Below, piece by piece: positions 7,848 through 12,196 of a DNA stretch of 12,196 nucleotides. Origin of the DNA: a bacterium (lineage in GTDB: Bacteria > Zhuqueibacterota > Zhuqueibacteria > Oceanimicrobiales > Oceanimicrobiaceae). The DNA lies in assembly GCA_046757165.1 (NCBI GenBank), contig JBHHXT010000146.1, positions 1 through 12,196 of the forward strand. The letters are read 5' to 3'. How positions within the stretch are numbered: the first letter of the stretch is position 1; every line of letters starts with the position of its first letter. The position numbers were made by a program, and so were the translations under genes. The notes beneath the pieces are model-generated. The model was given only the letters and a program-made list of their open reading frames with translations. It was not told where the DNA came from and searched no databases.

Positions 7848-8052
7848 GTAACGCGACACTTATGTCGCGATAATCGCTTCAGCTCACTTGGGTGGGGGAA
7901 AACACGCTAAAGTGAACTCCAGAACCGGGGCGGGCCGGTGTTCAAGCTTCAGCTTGCGGGGCGGTTGGGGCACGCGGGTTTAATGTCATCCAAAACCACG
8001 CCTTGTGTGGACATCGCTAAAGCGTGAACACCCCTGATTTTGAACACCTGAT
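7848..8052. repeat. Cluster of REP-like palindromic units (BIME/REPIN-like) in the convergent intergenic spacer
   Basis: GTAA-cgcgaca-ctta-tgtcgcg (7848-7869). GGTGTT-caagc-ttca-gcttg (7937-7956, +) faces the inverted copy GGTGTTCACGCTTTAGCG (8015-8032, -). Degenerate pair: cgcttcagct (7875-7884, +) and GGAGTTCACTTTAGCGTG (7903-7920, -). Direct repeat tgaacacc(cc)tgat at 8025-8038 and 8041-8052. Confidence 0.6.
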
Positions 8053-8120
8053 ATGTTGGTACCCAGGCAAGCCTGCACTCATCCACCCGCACCTCCTTTT
8101 CTGTCCCCCCTCTCATGCTC

Positions 8121-8167
8121 CACGTTTCACGTTGAGTTTCACGTTTCACGTCTCACTTCTCACGTCT
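8121..8167. repeat. Heptamer tandem repeat CACGTYT
   Basis: cacgttt cacgttg agttt cacgttt cacgtct cacttct cacgtct. Confidence 0.75.
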
Positions 8168-8677
8168 ATACACGATGGCATTGAGCACGTTGTCGCGGTT
8201 GTCCAACATCGTGAACGTGACTTTGTTTTTCTCTTCCAGGGTCAGGGTGGAGCGCCATTCCCTGATTTCGCCATTCTGGCTAAATGAGCGCCACTGGTGT
8301 TTCAGCGTATTCCCCGCCAGCTCCGCCAGCCCCTCGTTTATCGTGCCGTCTTCGTCGAATGACCAGAAGACGAGCTGCCCCAGAACCGGCTGCCAGCCAT
8401 AGAGGGTGAAAGCAAACCGTTGTGATTTGCCGTTTCGTTTGACCTGGTTGTTCACTTCCAGGAAACTCTTGTTGAGTGTCCATTTGAAGCTGAGCTCGGA
8501 AACAAAGGGTTCTCCATCTGGCGTGGTGCCGTGGCCGACCCAGGTGCCGATGAAAAGATTGGCGATTTGGGGCAGAGTGCTGCTTTTTCCGGGCTGTGCT
8601 TTTGCCACGGGCATGGCTACAAACATGAGCAGCATGGAGAAAGATGAAATGAACAGGCCGGAGGTCTTATTGAACAT
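8153..8677 (-). CDS. Secreted hypothetical protein, predicted beta-barrel (DUF1579/lipocalin-like)
   Basis: Signal peptide (LFISSFSMLLMFVAMPVAKA|Q). FIGTWVGHG GxW motif. Alternating beta-strand pattern (YGWQPVLGQLVFWSFDEDG). SD GAAAGGAAG before the ATG. Confidence 0.75.
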   Translation of the reverse strand: MFNKTSGLFISSFSMLLMFVAMPVAKAQPGKSSTLPQIANLFIGTWVGHGTTPDGEPFVSELSFKWTLNKSFLEVNNQVKRNGKSQRFAFTLYGWQPVLGQLVFWSFDEDGTINEGLAELAGNTLKHQWRSFSQNGEIREWRSTLTLEEKNKVTFTMLDNRDNVLNAIVYRREK

Positions 8678-8710
8678 AATCTTCCTTTCATGGGTTTGGT
8701 TATGTTCAAT
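8669..8710. promoter_or_regulatory. Perfect 11-bp inverted repeat covering the start codon and enclosing the SD
   Basis: attgaacataa (8669-8679), 20 nt, ttatgttcaat (8700-8710). Confidence 0.5.
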
Positions 8711-8735
8711 TTACAAAAAATGTCAAATATTCCAA
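8708..8735 (-). promoter_or_regulatory. Candidate sigma70-type promoter for the 8677 gene
   Basis: Minus strand TTGGAA (8735-8730), N16, TAAATT (8713-8708). An overlapping TTGACA lies at 8726-8721. AT-rich island. Confidence 0.4.
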
Positions 8736-8915
8736 GTGTTTATCGCACCTCGGAAGGATTCTGCTCATCGCCGCCGGGGCGGGCAGGAAAGACGTTGCTT
8801 GTTGTGCAGGTTTCTCCAGCTTACCCGGGGTAATGATGACGGGGACGTCACCGGATATCGTGTACTTGCTCACAGCGTGTGCAACGACCAGTTATTCGTG
8901 ACAGCCCCCGTCTTC

Positions 8916-8942
8916 AGTCGGTGGCGTTGTTGGGATGTTACA
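8916..8942 (-). promoter_or_regulatory. Candidate ECF-type promoter TGTAAC-N16-CGACT
   Basis: Minus strand TGTAAC (8942-8937), 16 nt, CGACT (8920-8916). Matches the generic ECF AAC/-35 and CG-/-10 architecture, and an ECF gene lies in the same cluster. Confidence 0.4.
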
Positions 8943-8952
8943 AAAACCGGCC

Positions 8953-9303
8953 CTAGCCGCTGATGATGCCGATGACGTGGCCCTCAGGGTCTGCCAGGAG
9001 GGCGAAGGTGACGTACCCGGGGATCTCTGTAATCGGAACGATGGTTTTGCCGCCCAGACTTTCCGCCTTGTCCAGGGCCGCCTGCAGGTCCTCTACCTGG
9101 ACGTAAAAGGTAACGTGTCCGGGATTGCCCTCTTCTGCGGCGCCGATACCACCGCCGATACTCTTATCGCCCGCGGCCTCGACCAGGCCGTAGTTCATGG
9201 GATTGTCGGCGTTGATTTTCCAGTCAAACAGGTTACGGTAGAAGCTTTGCAGATTTGCTCCATTTTTCCCCAGGACTTCGAAATGTACGACAGGTGCTGC
9301 CAT
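8953..9303 (-). CDS. VOC family protein (glyoxalase/bleomycin resistance-like)
   Basis: PVVHFEV...FYRNLFDWK...IGGGIG...VTFYVQVEDLQAALDKAESLGGK...FALLADPEGHVIGI. SD GAAAGGAA. Confidence 0.92.
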   Translation of the reverse strand: MAAPVVHFEVLGKNGANLQSFYRNLFDWKINADNPMNYGLVEAAGDKSIGGGIGAAEEGNPGHVTFYVQVEDLQAALDKAESLGGKTIVPITEIPGYVTFALLADPEGHVIGIISG

Positions 9304-9366
9304 GATATTTCCTTTCTGTTATGTTCGGTGAATTTGTGGTTCGTGAATTGTTTTGGCTAAGAAAAC

Positions 9367-9732
9367 TCAGGTCGTACTGACGACTTTGGCCCTTTTGCCG
9401 AATCTTTGTGTGGCAAAGCCGAGGATCAACCCAACGAGGGTTCCGGGTGCCATAATCTCGATATAGTAGTGCTGACCGCTTTCATCTGGAAAAGCGGCGA
9501 CGATGAAGGCGAGAATCAATCCGACGGCTGCTCCAAAAACAAGTCCTTTGCCGATAGAATAGACTTTGCTTGCGAAGAATCCAATGATCACGCCTGCTAT
9601 GAGTCCTTTCAGTCCTGAGAATGTAATGATACTGAGGATTTGAGGTGCGGCCTCCGGGTAGAAGAGCGCTGAGAGACCATCGAGGACACCAAGAATGCCC
9701 CCTAATATCAGGCCAAGAAGTGGTTTCTGCAT
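9367..9732 (-). CDS. Small integral membrane protein, ~4 TM helices, Gly-rich, unknown function
   Basis: Four hydrophobic segments with GxxxG patterns (LLGLILGGILGVLDG; KGLIAGVIIG; GLVFGAAVGLILA; PGTLVGLILG). SD GGAGG spacing favours ATG 9732 over 9735. Confidence 0.8.
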   Translation of the reverse strand: MQKPLLGLILGGILGVLDGLSALFYPEAAPQILSIITFSGLKGLIAGVIIGFFASKVYSIGKGLVFGAAVGLILAFIVAAFPDESGQHYYIEIMAPGTLVGLILGFATQRFGKRAKVVSTT

Positions 9733-9782
9733 CATTCCCTCCTTTCTGAAGAGTGATTTAGTTGATGGTTACCTACCCTTCT

Positions 9783-9795
9783 ATTAACTGTTAAT
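9783..9795. promoter_or_regulatory. Perfect palindrome ATTAAC-T-GTTAAT (possible operator)
   Basis: Located in the spacer between the kinase stop and the membrane protein start. Confidence 0.3.
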
Positions 9796-9806
9796 GGTGG
9801 CGCTCT

Positions 9807-10886
9807 TTACAGTTGTCTCAAAAAGAAGATAAAAAGCCGCACCAGCACATAGACGAGAATTAGGAAGACAAGAAATTTATTTTGTTTCAGCCTGCGCCAG
9901 ACGGTCTCCAGCAAGTTCTCCTTGTACGCAGAAACCGGAAAGCCGTTCAAGTAGTTTTCGATGTCTGCCGTCAGTTGCGGCACATTGTCGTAGCGGTCGT
10001 TTTTGTCTTCCGCTGTCGCTTTTTGGATGATGGCGGTGAGCTGCCTGGGAAGTTTGTAAGATGTTCTCTTGACCAGCGCTGGCAGGCCCTTTTCTTTTGC
10101 TGCAAAGGTCTGCGACGAAGAGGGTGTTGAGGTTGAGCGAGCAAGTAGGAAACTCAAGATAGCGCCGAGGGCATAAATATCCGTTCGTTCATCTATGGCT
10201 GTGATGTCGCCGCGCTGCTGCTCCGGCGCCATGTAAGGCGGTGTGCCCATGACTGTCCCATGTTGAGTGAGATTCTGGGAGCTGGTGGGGATCGGGAGCA
10301 TCCGCTTCGGCAAGTTTTGGCGCATGATATTTGTGGGCGTGGTCGACGAGTGTAGCTGATGTTCTGCGGAGAGCACTTTCGATAAGCCCCAATCCATGAC
10401 CAGCACTTCGCCAAAATCTCCAACCATGATGTTATCTGGTTTCAAGTCGCGGTGCACGACTTTGTGTGCATGTGCGAAGGCCACCGCCTCGCATGCTTTT
10501 TGGAAGACGCGTAGGACCTCCGGCAGCGATGAGGGTTGCTTGACCTGAACATCAAGTCGCGCGCCTTTTACGAATTTCATGGTGTAGAAGATTCGCCCAT
10601 CTGGCAGTCTCCCCACATCGTGAATCGGGACGATGCCCGGGTGTTCGAGGGCTGCAATGATGTACGCCTCTTGCAACATGCGCTGGGCCAGGTCGTTTTC
10701 GCCCCCGAACTGGTTTAGGATCTTTAGCGCGAGGTTGCGGTGTAGTCTGGTGTCTTCGGCGAGATAAACTGTGCCCATTCCGCCCTGGCCGATTCTTTTG
10801 ATACAGCGGTAAGGTGTTTCTGAAAGGTCCGGCAGGTCGACGACAGCGCGGAGATGACTCAGGACTTTGTCAGGCAGCCATGTCAT
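9807..10886 (-). CDS. Hanks-type Ser/Thr protein kinase with a single C-terminal TM anchor
   Basis: IGQGGMGTVY, ALK, EAYIIAALEHPGIVPIHD, VVHRDLKPDNIM, DWG, GTPPYMAPEQ, DIYALG, DRY. C-terminal KFLVFLILVYVLVRLFIFFLRQL. ATGA overlap with the sigma gene. Confidence 0.95.
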   Translation of the reverse strand: MTWLPDKVLSHLRAVVDLPDLSETPYRCIKRIGQGGMGTVYLAEDTRLHRNLALKILNQFGGENDLAQRMLQEAYIIAALEHPGIVPIHDVGRLPDGRIFYTMKFVKGARLDVQVKQPSSLPEVLRVFQKACEAVAFAHAHKVVHRDLKPDNIMVGDFGEVLVMDWGLSKVLSAEHQLHSSTTPTNIMRQNLPKRMLPIPTSSQNLTQHGTVMGTPPYMAPEQQRGDITAIDERTDIYALGAILSFLLARSTSTPSSSQTFAAKEKGLPALVKRTSYKLPRQLTAIIQKATAEDKNDRYDNVPQLTADIENYLNGFPVSAYKENLLETVWRRLKQNKFLVFLILVYVLVRLFIFFLRQL

Positions 10887-11665
10887 TCAAGCTCTGACTT
10901 CTGCGCCGGCCTGGCCGTTTCGAAGTGCAGGCCCAGGAGTGAGCTTGCTTCGTTCTGGAACTCAGTCTCTGTCATCGTGATTTCACGTAGCTTTTGTAAC
11001 AAGATTCGGCGGAATTCCCGTCTGGCGCGGGCAAGGTTATTGGTCACTTGGGTGACGTGCAGTTTGAACTCCGCAGCGAGCGTCTCGTAGGTCGGTTCGT
11101 CGGTTTCATTCTGCAAGTCATAGCGCTCAAAAATGAGGAAGCAAATCGTTCTGTCCTGGCTGGCAAGGGTGTCTCTGAGCTCTTCAACGGATAAGACAAA
11201 GAGCTGGCGCACCCATTCGTGATAGAAAAAATCCTCGGCCGTCTGGTTCTCTGCCGCCTGTGAAAAAGCCAGTTCAGTTTCCGCGCCTTCGAAGTCCAGT
11301 GACAGGATCTGCCTGTCTCCGCCACGTTTGATGCGGCCGGCTGCCCTCTCGCTATTTGCGATAAATCCATGCAGGCAGGTGCGCAGATAGGTTCGGAACC
11401 GGGCTTTGGTGGGATCGAAGTTCTTGAAATAATCCTTCTCAAGCGCGGTCATGAAAAAGGCCTGTGTCAGATCCTTTGCGTCTTCGTTGCCCTTGCGCCA
11501 TTTGACGCGGATGGTTTTGTAGACCGGCTTCCAATAGGCTCGTACCAGCACTTCGAGCGCCCGGGTTCGCTCTTTCGGGTTATCGCTGCGGGCGGCCTCA
11601 ATTGCGGACCACCTGGTGAGTGGGAATTGACTCGCATTGCCGCCGATTTTGGTGTCTTTATCCAT
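10883..11665 (-). CDS. ECF-type sigma-70 family factor of the kinase-associated type
   Basis: FPLTRWS...ALEVLVRAYWKPVY...DAKDLTQAFF...RFRTYL...KRGG, long linker, region-4 HTH TYETLAAEFKLHVTQVTNNLARARREFR. Start is 11665 (MDKDTKIGG) or 11683. Neither has a clear SD. Confidence 0.88.
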   Translation of the reverse strand: MDKDTKIGGNASQFPLTRWSAIEAARSDNPKERTRALEVLVRAYWKPVYKTIRVKWRKGNEDAKDLTQAFFMTALEKDYFKNFDPTKARFRTYLRTCLHGFIANSERAAGRIKRGGDRQILSLDFEGAETELAFSQAAENQTAEDFFYHEWVRQLFVLSVEELRDTLASQDRTICFLIFERYDLQNETDEPTYETLAAEFKLHVTQVTNNLARARREFRRILLQKLREITMTETEFQNEASSLLGLHFETARPAQKSELE

Positions 11666-11701
11666 GCCGGGTCTGGTCGCCATGCAACGGCGTCTGAGAT
11701 T

Positions 11702-12196
11702 TCAACCGCTTGGAAACGATTTCGGCCTGAACCCTTCATCATTGATGACTTGCATGTTATCCCCGGACGGGGCGAGGACAAACAGCCCTTGTTTGTACGC
11801 AAAGCGGTCAACGCCTTCTTCTATGCTCATGCCAGCTACACCACCATACAAGGTAGGTCGTTTCAGAGTCGGGAAGAAGGCAAAGAAGCGCGGCAGCTTT
11901 TCGAGGATGTTCTCGACATCCCACCGTTTCAGTCTGTGTTTGACTTCAATGACCACGACGCATTCGGGGCCGACTCCGACGACATCGACCTCCATGGTTT
12001 CGCCATTCAACGGGGCGGCCAGACGGGGGTGAATTCGACTGAACTCGATGTGGCGTTGCCGAAAGAGTTGAACGACGGCGGCCAGCACCATCTCTTCGGC
12101 CGTCCTGCCCAACGAATCTGTGATGCCTGAAACTTGCCTGGTGAGATTTTTGACCAGCTTGTCCGTTTCCTGCATCCGTCGGTCGGTTTCTTGCAT
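11702..12196 (-). CDS. DUF3782-like coiled-coil protein with C-terminal PD-(D/E)XK nuclease-like domain (5' end probably outside the window)
   Basis: QETDRRMQETD heptad repeats. LGRTAEEMV...EVDVV...VVVIEVKHRL...DV...L.RF..FFP...LYGGVAG...FAYKQGLFVL...NDEGFRPK. The ORF runs to the window edge. Confidence 0.8.
   Translation of the reverse strand: MQETDRRMQETDKLVKNLTRQVSGITDSLGRTAEEMVLAAVVQLFRQRHIEFSRIHPRLAAPLNGETMEVDVVGVGPECVVVIEVKHRLKRWDVENILEKLPRFFAFFPTLKRPTLYGGVAGMSIEEGVDRFAYKQGLFVLAPSGDNMQVINDEGFRPKSFPSG

Noticed and set aside
7837..8120. 6S RNA (ssrS) next to the 5-formyl-THF cyclo-ligase gene
   Set aside because: ssrS normally lies upstream of ygfA, where there are only 3 nt here. The downstream pairing (ggtgttcaa/ttgaacacc) is explained by REP-like units, and no 6S central-bubble rod is evident.
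7848..8167. CRISPR array
   Set aside because: The repeats are inverted, degenerate or 7-mers, with no regular repeat-spacer period and no cas genes.
8745..8765. SRP RNA-like CGGAAGGA motif
   Set aside because: The flanking CAGG and AGCAG internal-loop sequences of SRP domain IV are missing.
8705..8872. 55-codon GTG-start minus-strand ORF (MSKYTISGDVPV...)
   Set aside because: No SD, no recognisable features, and it runs through the AT-rich promoter-like region.
8838..8942. Integron attC site for the long hairpin
   Set aside because: No complementary RYYYAAC/GTTRRRY boxes at the hairpin ends, no repeated sites between genes and no integrase in the window.
8406..12130. Plus-strand ORFs 8406-8963, 8935-9360 and 11369-12130
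   Set aside because: Antisense to well-supported minus-strand genes.

Overview
GC-rich bacterial chromosomal window. The gene styles suggest an FCB-group lineage such as KSB1/Calditrichota, which is inference only. There are three blocks. (1) A ~1,920-aa secreted C25 (gingipain/PorU-like) cysteine peptidase on the + strand, carrying two ILEI/PANDER lectin-like domains, CARDB-like domains and a FlgD/T9SS-like C-terminal tail. (2) A compact + strand operon: macrodomain, YlxR/RnpM, L7Ae-family YlxQ and 5-formyl-THF cyclo-ligase. The ylxR-ylxQ pair sits outside its usual nusA-infB context. (3) A convergent - strand cluster: a DUF3782-like coiled-coil/PD-(D/E)XK protein cut by the window edge, an ECF sigma factor overlapping a tail-anchored Ser/Thr kinase with no visible sensor domain, a 4-TM protein, a VOC protein and a secreted beta-barrel-like protein. 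Intergenic regions hold REP-like palindromes, heptamer repeats, an ECF-like promoter next to a long hairpin, and an 11-bp inverted repeat covering a start codon. No rRNA, tRNA, CRISPR array or transposase was recognised. All family assignments come from motif recognition by eye, not from database searches.
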